From Promethearchaeia archaeon (lineage in GTDB: Archaea > Asgardarchaeota > Lokiarchaeia > Sigyniarchaeales > SOKP01), in the NCBI GenBank assembly GCA_029856155.1, contig JAHQWL010000072.1, positions 1-64,000 on the forward strand: 64,000 nt of DNA, in the 5' to 3' direction. Made by a program: the position numbers and the translations under genes. Below the pieces are notes generated by a model, which was given only the letters and a program-made list of their open reading frames with translations, had not been told where the DNA came from and searched no databases. Positions 21,687 through 31,685 of this stretch are shown here, piece after piece; positions within the stretch are counted from its first letter, which is position 1, and every line of letters starts with the position of its first letter.

Positions 21687-22174
21687 TAATGACTTATTGA
21701 TTTCTCTATTTACATTTTGAAAGTAAGCCGTCTTTTTTTAGGATCACCAGAATTTTTCAAGATGTCAACTATGAAATTTTTATTCTATTCGCGTGCTTAA
21801 AGGCTATTCTTGTTTTGGGAAAAAAAGCAGATTTCCAAAACATTTTACATTCCCTCGAGGAATTCCTTCAAATCTAAATTTTTAATTATTTTTTTTGTAT
21901 GACAATTTTTATAGGAATTTTTTCCTTTTAGGACATATTAACAATAATTATGGAAATTCGGTAAATTTAAGTCGTCTATTTCATTAATTTTAGCATGAAG
22001 TAGTATATTAAGAATTTATTACAAATGGAAATACTAAAAAAGAAGGAACAATGATATCTTCAAGCAAAAACTTTTAATTAGAGTGTAAAAACATAAATGT
22101 TTCTAAAAAAAAAATTAAAAATTAAAAAAGCATTATTCTTATTACTTATTATATAGATATTGATTGAAATTATC

Positions 22175-22549
22175 ATGGCAAAGGGAAAGAGTAAAACCGT
22201 TACTGAAAAAGTCGATCTAAGTAGAAAAAAAACTAAGGAGTTTGATGTTGATACCAATATCAAAGTTGCTTATAAAACGGGTAAAATAGTCTATGGTAAA
22301 AATCAAGTTCTGAGGAACATAAAAAGAGCAAATTCTTTTAAAATGCTCATCGTGAGTAATAATTGCCCTACAGAATTGATCAATCAATTAAATTATTATA
22401 ATTCTCTTTTAAAAGATCAAATCTTTATCTATAAATATAAAGGTTCAAGTTGGGATTTAGGTCTAGCTTGTGCTAAGCCATACATGATTTCTATTATAGG
22501 AATAATTGATTTTGGAGATTCAGCTTTGATCTCTTTAAAAACTAAATGA
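22175..22549 (+). CDS. rpl30e: 50S ribosomal protein L30e
   Basis: KTGKIVYG, NNCP, GSSWDLGLACAKPY, DFGDS; ATG 22175 preferred over TTG 22160. Confidence 0.95.
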   Translation: MAKGKSKTVTEKVDLSRKKTKEFDVDTNIKVAYKTGKIVYGKNQVLRNIKRANSFKMLIVSNNCPTELINQLNYYNSLLKDQIFIYKYKGSSWDLGLACAKPYMISIIGIIDFGDSALISLKTK

Positions 22550-22577
22550 TTTTAACAACGCATAACAAGTTTTTTCT

Positions 22578-23054
22578 ATGTTAAAAAAGAACATTAAAAT
22601 TGATCGGGAAGCAATGGAGCTTATTTCGCTATTTAATAACATATCTGGGGCAATTATTAAAGATTGTCTGACTTTTAAATCACCTGAGAATAGATCCGAA
22701 ATTATTATTTTTTTAGTAAAAGAAGAGGATGTAGGAAAAGCTATTGGAAAAGCGGGCGAACATGTCAAAGATTTAAAATCAAAACTCCAAAAAAAAATAG
22801 ATGTTATTGCCTTCTCTGAGAATCTTAACAGATTCATTCAAAACATTTTACAAACTACAAAAAATTCTATAAAGGTTCAAAATATAGAAGTTAAAGAAAG
22901 TAGAAATCTAAAAAAAACCGTTATTATTACGGTAAGACCTCAAGATCGAGGAAAAGCAATTGGTAAAGAAGGCTCAATGATAAGAAAGATTAAAGAACTG
23001 GTTCTAAGGTATTTTGAAGTCGATAATGTAATTATTAATACGAAAAATATCTAA
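22578..23054 (+). CDS. nusA: archaeal NusA (two KH domains)
   Basis: Two GKAIGKxG loops; canonical position after L30e. Confidence 0.95.
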   Translation: MLKKNIKIDREAMELISLFNNISGAIIKDCLTFKSPENRSEIIIFLVKEEDVGKAIGKAGEHVKDLKSKLQKKIDVIAFSENLNRFIQNILQTTKNSIKVQNIEVKESRNLKKTVIITVRPQDRGKAIGKEGSMIRKIKELVLRYFEVDNVIINTKNI

Positions 23055-23095
23055 TTTTTATTACCTAAAAATTATACTTAATAATTATAATTAAT

Positions 23096-24376
23096 TTGAT
23101 CACAAAATTACCATTTATAGTGATTAAAATTTCAAAATTGAATCTCTATGATGAGCAGGCTGCTATCAATCATGTTAAATCGCTAGATTTTACACGACAC
23201 GCAGCAACTGATGGTGAAACAAAAACTATAAACTATATCCTAAAAGAACTAGATACAATGAATCTTGATACTAAAGTTGAGTCTTTTGAGTGGACTGCTT
23301 CATTATATAAATTCAGGAAATTATTGTTTTTATGGATATTCATCTTTATTTTGAGTAGTGAGATATTATTACTGTATCCAACTAATACGTGGCTAATCTT
23401 TCCTCTTGATGCTCTCTTTTTATTGGTATTAATCTTAGGAATCAAATATGCTTTTGATCATTCAAAACTAATGTTCATAGGGAAGAAAAGAGAGTCAAAA
23501 AATGTTATCGCAACCATTCAAGCGAAAGATATATATCCGAAAAGACCTGTTATATTTTTTTCAGCTCATCATGATTCAGTTTCGCATAATTTTCCACACA
23601 ATCTAACAAAATTATTACTTCTTTCAGCAGTATTTTTACTCCTCTCATATCTATTAATTAACTTGATCCTCGCAATTTGGTCAACAATAACATTATTTAC
23701 AGCAATTCAAATTGAAATTATTTATTTATGGATAAGAAATGTTTCCCTAATTATCGGGAGCATTCTACTTATAGAAATATTTATTACTTTTTTCATGAAA
23801 AGAACCAATGAATCTATTGGTTCAGTTGACAATGCTTCAGGAGTTGCAATTCTATTAGAATTAGCGAAGTTAATCCAAAAAAAACCACTTGAAAAAACTG
23901 ACGTGATTTTTTTATGGTGTGGAGCAGAAGAGATGGGTATATGGGGGTCTAAACAATACTGTTCTAAACATTTCGAAGAATTAGATACTGATTATGACTT
24001 GAATAAATCATATAATATTAACATAGACATGGTGGGTAGTTATATAGGGTTAATTGATGAAACTGGATTAATTAAGAAAAAAAAAATAAATGATAATCTC
24101 AATAATATCTTAAAAGCATCAGATACACAGCATAAAATCCCCACTGAGAAATCAAAATTATCATTAGGTTCTGGAAGTGATCATTTAGCTTTTCGAGCAT
24201 TTACAAAAAAAGCAGAGAAGAAAGGGTTCCAAGTAACTTGCTTTATATCAATAAAAGACGCAAAATATATACATTCTAAAAAGGATATTCCTGAATTGTG
24301 CTCTGCTGAAAATCTAAATGGATGCATAGATATTTGTTATAATGCTATTAAAAGTCTCGATCTGAGAGTAGAATAG
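23096..24376 (+). CDS. membrane-inserted M28-family metallopeptidase
   Basis: SAHHDS, DNASG, AEEMG, NIDMVG, SDH, HSKKD with internal TM helices. Confidence 0.88.
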   Translation: MITKLPFIVIKISKLNLYDEQAAINHVKSLDFTRHAATDGETKTINYILKELDTMNLDTKVESFEWTASLYKFRKLLFLWIFIFILSSEILLLYPTNTWLIFPLDALFLLVLILGIKYAFDHSKLMFIGKKRESKNVIATIQAKDIYPKRPVIFFSAHHDSVSHNFPHNLTKLLLLSAVFLLLSYLLINLILAIWSTITLFTAIQIEIIYLWIRNVSLIIGSILLIEIFITFFMKRTNESIGSVDNASGVAILLELAKLIQKKPLEKTDVIFLWCGAEEMGIWGSKQYCSKHFEELDTDYDLNKSYNINIDMVGSYIGLIDETGLIKKKKINDNLNNILKASDTQHKIPTEKSKLSLGSGSDHLAFRAFTKKAEKKGFQVTCFISIKDAKYIHSKKDIPELCSAENLNGCIDICYNAIKSLDLRVE

Positions 24377-24474
24377 GATATTCAAAAGTAGCATTTTTTC
24401 ATTATATACATAAATTTTAAGTTTAAAGAAACATTTTTTCTACTACTAAAGTACTATCAATTAATAATTATTAG

Positions 24475-24915
24475 GTGTTATCAATAGCTCCCAAAGGGTT
24501 ATATGCCGCAAGAAAACTTAAAACTAATCGAAAAAAGTTTAAATGGTCCAAAACAAAATATAAAAGAAGAATACTAAAATTAAAACAAAAAGTTGATCCA
24601 TTAGAAGGAAGTCCTCAAGCTCTTGGTATCGTTCTTCAAAAAGTTGGTCGAGAAAGTAAACAACCAAACTCAGCGATAAGGAAGTGCGTAAGAATCCAAT
24701 TGAAAAAAAATGGGAAAGGAGTAACAGCGTTCCTTCCAGGAGATGGAGCACTTAACTTCATAGAAGAACATGATAGAGTAATAGTTGAAGGAATTGGAGG
24801 TGCTAAAGGACGATCTATTGGAGATCTCCCTGGAGTACGTTATAGGGTCGTGAAAGTGAATGGTGTAAGTTTAGAAGCTCTTTTAGCAGGAAAGAAAGAA
24901 AAGCCGTTGCGGTGA
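24475..24915 (+). CDS. rps12: 30S ribosomal protein S12 (uS12)
   Basis: [26 protein letters not shown]; start may be ATA 24484. Confidence 0.98.
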   Translation: MLSIAPKGLYAARKLKTNRKKFKWSKTKYKRRILKLKQKVDPLEGSPQALGIVLQKVGRESKQPNSAIRKCVRIQLKKNGKGVTAFLPGDGALNFIEEHDRVIVEGIGGAKGRSIGDLPGVRYRVVKVNGVSLEALLAGKKEKPLR

Positions 24916-24929
24916 AGAGGTTAAAAGTT

Positions 24930-25547
24930 ATGAGTAAAGTAAAGAAAGAAGTAAAATTATTTAATAATTGGTCTTTTTCGGACATACATATAAGGGATAT
25001 AACTCTTGAGAACTATATTAATTTGAAACTTATCATCGTACCTCATTCTGCTGGTAGACATGAGCATAAAAGATTCTGGAAAACCTCAAAAGTCTCGGTT
25101 ATTGAGCGTTTTTCCAATAGATTACTGTCTCCTGGTTTCATCGGTAGTAAGATTAGAGGTCATAAGAGTTCTTATCATTCTGGCAAGAAAGCTAAACTAC
25201 TGAAGTGTATAAAAAATGCATTTACATTAATAGAATTACTCACCGAGCAAAATCCTATCCAGATTTTAGTAGATGCAATCTGTAATTCTGCACCCAGAGA
25301 AGAAACCACTAAAATAGCAATGGGAGGCATCTCATACGCGTCAGCAGTAGATATCGCGCCACAACGTCGAGTTGACCTTGCTATCAAGTATCTCGTTCAG
25401 GCAATTGGTGCTCGTTCACATGGAAATGAAAAGATGTTTGAAGAAAATATAGCTCAAGAATTAATACTAGCAGCAAGTAATAGTCAAGAATCTAGAGCTG
25501 TAAAACGCAAGGATGAAATAGAAAGAATAGCGGTCTCGGCAAGATAA
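24930..25547 (+). CDS. rps7: 30S ribosomal protein S7 (uS7)
   Basis: PHSAGRH, NPIQILVDAI..SAPREE, VDIAPQRRVD, ERIAVSAR; ATG after GAGG. Confidence 0.98.
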   Translation: MSKVKKEVKLFNNWSFSDIHIRDITLENYINLKLIIVPHSAGRHEHKRFWKTSKVSVIERFSNRLLSPGFIGSKIRGHKSSYHSGKKAKLLKCIKNAFTLIELLTEQNPIQILVDAICNSAPREETTKIAMGGISYASAVDIAPQRRVDLAIKYLVQAIGARSHGNEKMFEENIAQELILAASNSQESRAVKRKDEIERIAVSAR

Positions 25548-25804
25548 ATTGTTTTAAAATTTTTTAAAAAATCACTTTTTCTAAAAAATTAACCCTTTTA
25601 TCAATGTTTACAGCACAATTCTCCAATTTTTAGAGTTTCTTATTCCTAACTTTTATTTAAACTATGTTTGAAAAATTTAATACTTCAAAAATTTATCATT
25701 TCCTTTTAAATAACATTGAAGAACTAGAGAATATAGGGTTATAACAGTTCTATTTCTATACGTTATGATGTTATATTTAACCTAATTTAAGGAGGTTAAG
25801 CAAA

Positions 25805-25960
25805 ATAAAGACTCTTAAAAAACGTGAATGGTTAATTAAAAATGAAAAACAACTAGAAATGAGTCCAAAACACTATTATAAAGAGAGATTTAAAAAAGTT
25901 GTACATGAAATTGAAAGTAATGCCAAGAAGAAGAATTTTCATTGTCTGGACAATTTATAA
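25805..25960 (+). CDS. putative 51-aa basic small protein with ATA start
   Basis: AAGGAGGT at 25789-25796, ATA 8 nt later, open frame IKTLKKREW...LDNL*. Confidence 0.35.
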   Translation: MKTLKKREWLIKNEKQLEMSPKHYYKERFKKVVHEIESNAKKKNFHCLDNL

Positions 25961-26064
25961 AGCGGAATAATGAAATAGAGGGAATTCTGTTCAGTAAGTT
26001 AAATTTTAATGAATTTTCTAATAAATAACTTATATAAATATAAAAAAAATAGAAGTTATTGATA

Positions 26065-27567
26065 TTATCTATTTTGAATTGAATCTAGAATGGTACCAGT
26101 CATCGCAATTGTTAGTGTCCCCCCAATAGAAAGCATTGTTATCAAATACTCATGAGTTTGAAATAAAACTACTTGAAGTATCATCATTGTAAATGTTGTT
26201 ACTAAAACTAAACTCCAGAAACCTAAAAGTCTTGTATTAAAGGATCTCTTTATTATATACCGAGTAATTAAAGCTCCAATCGCATACGCAAGAATGATAA
26301 AAAGAGGTATTGGTACCCAAAACTCTTGCAACCAAAAAGTAAAAAGCAATACTGAAGAGAAAACTATGAAGAAATTGATGTAATAAAGCACCCGTCTAAG
26401 TATGTTTTTATTTTGATCTATTTTATACCAGAGAATTCCGAATGAAATGAATAGGATCCATAAAGCAACTAGGTTTACAACCGCATTGAGTATTTCTGCT
26501 ATATCATTTTGGGAAAAAGGGAATGTAACAAGAGTGTATATAGCATAATGATCTCCCCAAAAAGCGTAAATCATCCCATATCCTAGTATTTGAGTAAGTA
26601 AAATATGATATGTGGATTTGCTAATCAAAGAAATTCCTCTTGAAAGCCGTCCTTTTGGGTTCTGAGGTAAAAACTTCATTGCTAGTAGAAATAAAAATGC
26701 AGAATATGGAATAATTAAGAAATGATAATCTCCTCTTAGAAGTGGTACACCATCAACCCTGATTCTATAGGAGAAGAACTGATGTGCTGTAATAAAAGCT
26801 AAACTTATTGGATAAATAATCCACATAAAGAAGTTTCGATTATCATTAAGTTTATATCCAAAGGAAAACCACATTCCTAAGCCAATAGCAGGAAGGTAAA
26901 ATAATACAGAGGTCATAAAAATCGTCACGATATACCCTTCTTCATATGAGGTAATGTTTCCAATCAAGAAAAACAGTGTTAACTGCAATGCTATCTCTAC
27001 CACGAAACATAGAATTAATGTTATAATTGGCTTTTTTGTAAATGCCCAATAGAGTAAAGGAAAGATTAAAATAGATTGGAATAGTAATGGGAGAAACCAA
27101 TTTCCTGGGCCCCAAAATGGTAAGAATCCTAGAAATAAGTGTATAAATCCATGATCTGGATAATATTGCCCATTCCACATGGCAGTAATATTAAATCCAT
27201 ACATAAACAAACCTATAAATGTTGATGCCGCATATAAAACTAGGAATGGTACAATATACCGTAAAATTTTAGTTTTGAAATAACTCCAAGAATACATTTC
27301 CCTTAATGCCTTTGCTTCACTTTTTTGTATTGAGCAACCCATATTAAAGCCCAATATCACTAGAAACACTGGTATTGAGATTCTCTCCCAAAGAGTGACA
27401 GCAATATAAGATTTTACAGTCCAATAAACTATATGATCGAATATAACTAAAAAGATCATTGCTGCTTTTAAGAAATCAACTTGGAAATAATGCGCCCCTG
27501 ATTCAACTAAAGTCTCTTTTTCAGCTTCTTCTAATACTACTTCACTAACTTGTTTTTTAGATGTCAT
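26065..27567 (-). CDS. acyltransferase-3 (OafA-like) membrane O-acyltransferase with extra C-terminal TM helices
   Basis: DFLKAAMIFLVIFDH, IPVFLVILG, RYIVPF, WFLPLLFQ, TYHILLTQ. Confidence 0.85.
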   Translation of the reverse strand: MTSKKQVSEVVLEEAEKETLVESGAHYFQVDFLKAAMIFLVIFDHIVYWTVKSYIAVTLWERISIPVFLVILGFNMGCSIQKSEAKALREMYSWSYFKTKILRYIVPFLVLYAASTFIGLFMYGFNITAMWNGQYYPDHGFIHLFLGFLPFWGPGNWFLPLLFQSILIFPLLYWAFTKKPIITLILCFVVEIALQLTLFFLIGNITSYEEGYIVTIFMTSVLFYLPAIGLGMWFSFGYKLNDNRNFFMWIIYPISLAFITAHQFFSYRIRVDGVPLLRGDYHFLIIPYSAFLFLLAMKFLPQNPKGRLSRGISLISKSTYHILLTQILGYGMIYAFWGDHYAIYTLVTFPFSQNDIAEILNAVVNLVALWILFISFGILWYKIDQNKNILRRVLYYINFFIVFSSVLLFTFWLQEFWVPIPLFIILAYAIGALITRYIIKRSFNTRLLGFWSLVLVTTFTMMILQVVLFQTHEYLITMLSIGGTLTIAMTGTILDSIQNR

Positions 27568-27640
27568 TATTATCTGTTTATTTTTTTTTAAAATTTAAGA
27601 TTCAATTATAATCTTATTGAACTTTTTGAAAAATATAACG

Positions 27641-27662
27641 AAATAGGAGTCCAATTTTTATT
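27641..27662. promoter_or_regulatory. putative operator, copy 1 (AAATAGGAGTCCAATTTTTATT)
   Basis: Identical to 28510-28531; 74 bp upstream of ATG 27567; near-palindromic core AAATAGGA-G-TCCAATTT. Confidence 0.7.
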
Positions 27663-27764
27663 TTTGAAATATTAAAATAGGGTTTTCTATAGATAAACTT
27701 TCAATCTTTAGTGCTTGAATATATTTTTAAAAAAATCTTAATAAAAAAAGAAAGAGTGTAATTT

Positions 27765-28436
27765 TTATTGTTGAGCACCACAGAACACACAATACCTAGC
27801 ATCTGGTTTAGCTGGGGATCCACATTGAATACATGTTTCTGTATATCCTTCAGATTTAAATTTAATATTGGAAGAATGAGTTTGAACAACTTCCCTTTCA
27901 CTTAAATTAATTCCACATTTTACGCAAAATTTAGGATTTCCTTTTACTTTCGTTCCACAGGAAGGACAATTCATAAGAATTCTTGTACCACAATCTTGGC
28001 AAAAACCACCTTTTCTAGCAAATAATTTTCCGCATTTAGGGCAAAATCTTACTTTTCCGGCTGTATATTCTAGAATTGTGGGGACAATGGCCAAGACCAG
28101 TAAACTTCCGATAGGGATGATCGGAATCCAATATTCATCAGGTTGAAAAACCTCACCTATTATAAGAGCAACAAATACGATAAGAGTTAATGCAAATAAT
28201 GTCCAGATTCCAACAATTCCCATTTTTATCTTCCTTTCAGACAGAATATCTACAATCGTGGCAGCTATAGATAAAACTAATAAAGTACCAATAGGAATTA
28301 TAGGAATCCAAATCTCATCATAAGAAAAAACATCTCCCAATATAAGAGCTATCATTACAATAGTAGTCATTCCAAAAATAATCCATAATCCGATAGTTCC
28401 TATCCTTAATTTTTTTCTAATTCCATGCCATGCCAT
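27765..28436 (-). CDS. membrane protein with duplicated TM hairpin and multiple zinc ribbons (DZR-like)
   Basis: Two 'WIPIIPIG' hairpin repeats followed by six CxxC pairs. Confidence 0.85.
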   Translation of the reverse strand: MAWHGIRKKLRIGTIGLWIIFGMTTIVMIALILGDVFSYDEIWIPIIPIGTLLVLSIAATIVDILSERKIKMGIVGIWTLFALTLIVFVALIIGEVFQPDEYWIPIIPIGSLLVLAIVPTILEYTAGKVRFCPKCGKLFARKGGFCQDCGTRILMNCPSCGTKVKGNPKFCVKCGINLSEREVVQTHSSNIKFKSEGYTETCIQCGSPAKPDARYCVFCGAQQ

Positions 28437-28509
28437 ATTATAACCATGCTATTTTTTTATTCCCATAAATTAACTGATGATAAAATTAGTATTTTTTTCT
28501 TATTAAATT

Positions 28510-28531
28510 AAATAGGAGTCCAATTTTTATT
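28510..28531. promoter_or_regulatory. putative operator, copy 2
   Basis: Identical to 27641-27662; 74 bp upstream of ATG 28436. Confidence 0.7.
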
Positions 28532-28747
28532 ATTAAAATTAAGCATAGATAAGATTTGATAATAGTATTACCATGAAATTAAAAAAGTTTGAATATGAAA
28601 TAAAATCTTTTAAATTCAAGTTTGATATCACCCACATATTATTCAAATTCATTGACGGATTAGAAGATTCCTAAATTTTTATATAATTGATACGTATATT
28701 ATTTAGTTAAGCAGAATTAAAGAAACCGTATAGGGTCAATAAGAAAA

Positions 28748-30730
28748 GTGGATGCCGACAAAAATCAAAATATTTTAGAAAAGCAACTGAAAACGTTGGG
28801 TCAGAAGATTAGGATTGATATTTTAAAAAAACTAAAACATGCTCATACTCCATTATCATTTTCAAAGCTTCAAAAGGAGATTTTTGGAAATGATCTTACT
28901 TCTATAAATTTATCATTCCATCTAAATACATTAAAGAAGAGTGATTTAATTCTATCGTCGGATAATGGATATTCAATTACGTTTTTAGGGGAGCAAATAA
29001 TAGAAAAGATTTTATCTATTGAACAAATTTTAAATAGACAAAATAAGGCGTTAATGATCCGTACTTCGAAATATTCTAAGGAAGTATTTGATATAAATAA
29101 AATTGAGGAATATTTAGTGAAAGAAGGTGAATTGGAAAGATATTTAGCAAGACAAGTTGCCCATGAGGTAGAGGAGCGTTTATCAAAAACAAATATAGAA
29201 TACATGACTGCTCCATTAATGCGAGAGTATACAAATGCAATATTATTAGAGAATGGTTTAGAAGAAGTAAGACACAAGTTAACTCGACTAGGAACTCCTC
29301 CATTTGAGGTATTTAAACTATTTAATTCAAATAATGTGAAGATAACACCAGAAAAATTTATTAAGAAGTTAGGTTCTGACGTTTCAGAGCAATTTTTACT
29401 TTTAAATCTCCTGCCAAAAAACTTAGCTGACTTATATTTATCGGGAGAAATTGCTTTACTTCATTTAAATTACTGGGGGTTAAGACCATTAAGTTTGTAT
29501 ATAAATACTAAAACAATTATCAATTATCTCTTTAGTATTGATTCAAATATTCCGCAGAGAGATAAAAACACTACAGGATATACGCATTTTATTATTAATT
29601 TTATAGATCTTTTGCAACGGCTAAAACAATTTTATTCTGAAGATTTAATTCTAGGCAATTTTAACAATGAATTAATTTCTTATTTAGAATTACCAAAAAT
29701 AAGATCAGCCAATTTTAATTTCTTTATTTCTCAAATTTCCCAATTTAATACTTTTATTAATAATGGTAAATCTCATTTATCTTTAGAATTTAATTACAAT
29801 GAAAAAACAAAAGAACAATTTTCAAATCAGATCCATAATGATATAAATTTTCTAAATTCCTTAGATATGCAGAGTAAAGATCGCATAAAACCATTCCTTA
29901 TTTTTGAAGGCTCTAAGATTTTTACATCAGATCTAGGAAATGGTTTCATAAAAAATCTCATTAAAGGATCCAATAAAAATAGTCTTATTTTTTATAATAA
30001 AGATTTTTCAAATTTAATAAATTCATCTCTTATTCAAATACCGGACCCTAATGAAGATAAAATTATTTTAGATAAGATTTTAATAAATTTGCATATGATT
30101 TCTGTAGAAGCGAACCAAAATGACGACTTATTTTTCGATTTATTACAAAAAAAATTAATTTCTGTCTTTGAATTATTTAATTTTAAGGAGAAATTAGTGC
30201 AACAAAAATTAAATTCTCTTCAGCAATGGGACTCGATAGTCACACAGATTTTTAACAGAAACAAGAGTAAAGCATTTGAAAACTCTGTTAAGTCCATAAG
30301 TTTTTTCGGGTTGAATCAAGCGATTTTAAACCATTGCGGAATAGAACTTGATAGAACCGAAAATAGCGAAGAATTTGCTCTAAAAATCTTGGTATTAATG
30401 AAAAAAATTATTAATGAAAAAAATGAAACAAAAAATGATACTTTTATTCTTAGCTCGCCTCATAGAGATTCATACTTAAGAGATTCTTGGTATAATGGCA
30501 TTGTACCACACACACAAGACATAAATGAATATTCTGCCAGATTAATTAGAACAGCATCAAACCTTTCCCTGAGTAAGAAAATCATATTATTCAAAAAATT
30601 TCAAAAAATCATTGATGGTGGGTGTTTATTTATTGAAAAAAAGGCAAATGATATGTCATTTCAAAAGTTTTTAAAGACTTTATTACAATCCGAAATCGGT
30701 ACAATATCTTTAAGAGATTGCGCATTCTAA
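28748..30730 (+). CDS. ArsR-type wHTH + ATP-cone + degenerate class III ribonucleotide reductase (NrdD-like) fusion
   Basis: 'RIDILKKL...LSFHLNTLKKSDLI...YSIT..G' wHTH; 'IRTS..KEVFDINKI...TAPLMRE' ATP cone; NrdD-like 'RLG', 'INLHMIS', 'SISFFGLNQ', 'DGG'; no C-terminal RxxGY loop. Confidence 0.8.
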   Translation: MDADKNQNILEKQLKTLGQKIRIDILKKLKHAHTPLSFSKLQKEIFGNDLTSINLSFHLNTLKKSDLILSSDNGYSITFLGEQIIEKILSIEQILNRQNKALMIRTSKYSKEVFDINKIEEYLVKEGELERYLARQVAHEVEERLSKTNIEYMTAPLMREYTNAILLENGLEEVRHKLTRLGTPPFEVFKLFNSNNVKITPEKFIKKLGSDVSEQFLLLNLLPKNLADLYLSGEIALLHLNYWGLRPLSLYINTKTIINYLFSIDSNIPQRDKNTTGYTHFIINFIDLLQRLKQFYSEDLILGNFNNELISYLELPKIRSANFNFFISQISQFNTFINNGKSHLSLEFNYNEKTKEQFSNQIHNDINFLNSLDMQSKDRIKPFLIFEGSKIFTSDLGNGFIKNLIKGSNKNSLIFYNKDFSNLINSSLIQIPDPNEDKIILDKILINLHMISVEANQNDDLFFDLLQKKLISVFELFNFKEKLVQQKLNSLQQWDSIVTQIFNRNKSKAFENSVKSISFFGLNQAILNHCGIELDRTENSEEFALKILVLMKKIINEKNETKNDTFILSSPHRDSYLRDSWYNGIVPHTQDINEYSARLIRTASNLSLSKKIILFKKFQKIIDGGCLFIEKKANDMSFQKFLKTLLQSEIGTISLRDCAF

Positions 30731-30767
30731 GAAACAAAGATTTGAAGAAGAATGAACATTTTAAAAA

Positions 30768-31685
30768 TTAATTAGTCATTAATTCTGCTAAGAGGGCTTT
30801 TCTCATTGGGATCCCGTAATAAGTTTGTTTAAAGTAAATTGCTTTTTCTGAATTATCAACTTCTGGAGAAATTTCTGTGATTCTCGGAAGCGGGTGCATT
30901 AATTTAAAATTGTCTTTTGTTTGTTTAAGATCTTCTTGTCGAAATATGTAAAATCCTTTAATTCTTTCGTACTCTTCTGAATCAACAAACCTTTCTTTTT
31001 GGACCCGAGTCATATAAAGAATATCTAGAATACTTAAAATTTTTCGGAAATCTGTAATTTCTTTATATTTCACTTGTCTTTGTTGTAGAAAATCTTTATC
31101 ACGGTTTCTCATTCTTAATTCTAAAGGGCTTATAAAGTAAACATTTACATTAAAATTTGATAACAAAATTGAGAGTGAATGTGCGGTTCTCCCATATTTG
31201 AGATCACCCATTAACCCTATATTCAACCCATCTAGAAAACCTACTTCTTCACTTATGGTTAATAAATCTAGTAATGCTTGAGTGGGATGTTCTCCACTTC
31301 CAGAACCGGCATTAATAATTGGAATTTTAGCAAATTTTGCGGCCATTATAGCAGCTCCTTCAAGTGAATGTCTCATTACTATGCAATCACTATAATTTTC
31401 AACAGTTCGTATTGTATCTGCAATGCTTTCTCCTTTTTTAATGGAAGACATATCTCCAGAATGGAATCCAATAACACTCCCCCCTAATCTACACATAGCT
31501 GATTCAAAACTAAGACGGGTTCGAGTAGAAGGTTCAAAAAATAATGTAGCTAAGATTTTACCGTGGAGGAGATTTGAATTCTTGATTTCAATCATTTCTT
31601 TACCTTTCTTTATTATATATTCAATATCTTCTCTATCAAACTGCTTAGCACTTATTACTCCTTCACTAAATTTCTCTTTGAACAT
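30768..31685 (-). CDS. pyrB: aspartate carbamoyltransferase catalytic subunit
   Basis: FFEPSTRTRLSF, HPTQALLD, GDLKYGRT, MHPLPR. Confidence 0.98.
   Translation of the reverse strand: MFKEKFSEGVISAKQFDREDIEYIIKKGKEMIEIKNSNLLHGKILATLFFEPSTRTRLSFESAMCRLGGSVIGFHSGDMSSIKKGESIADTIRTVENYSDCIVMRHSLEGAAIMAAKFAKIPIINAGSGSGEHPTQALLDLLTISEEVGFLDGLNIGLMGDLKYGRTAHSLSILLSNFNVNVYFISPLELRMRNRDKDFLQQRQVKYKEITDFRKILSILDILYMTRVQKERFVDSEEYERIKGFYIFRQEDLKQTKDNFKLMHPLPRITEISPEVDNSEKAIYFKQTYYGIPMRKALLAELMTN

Noticed and set aside
21690-22060. Possible decayed gene upstream of the LRR gene
   Set aside because: Multiple stops in the frames examined and no recognisable motif.
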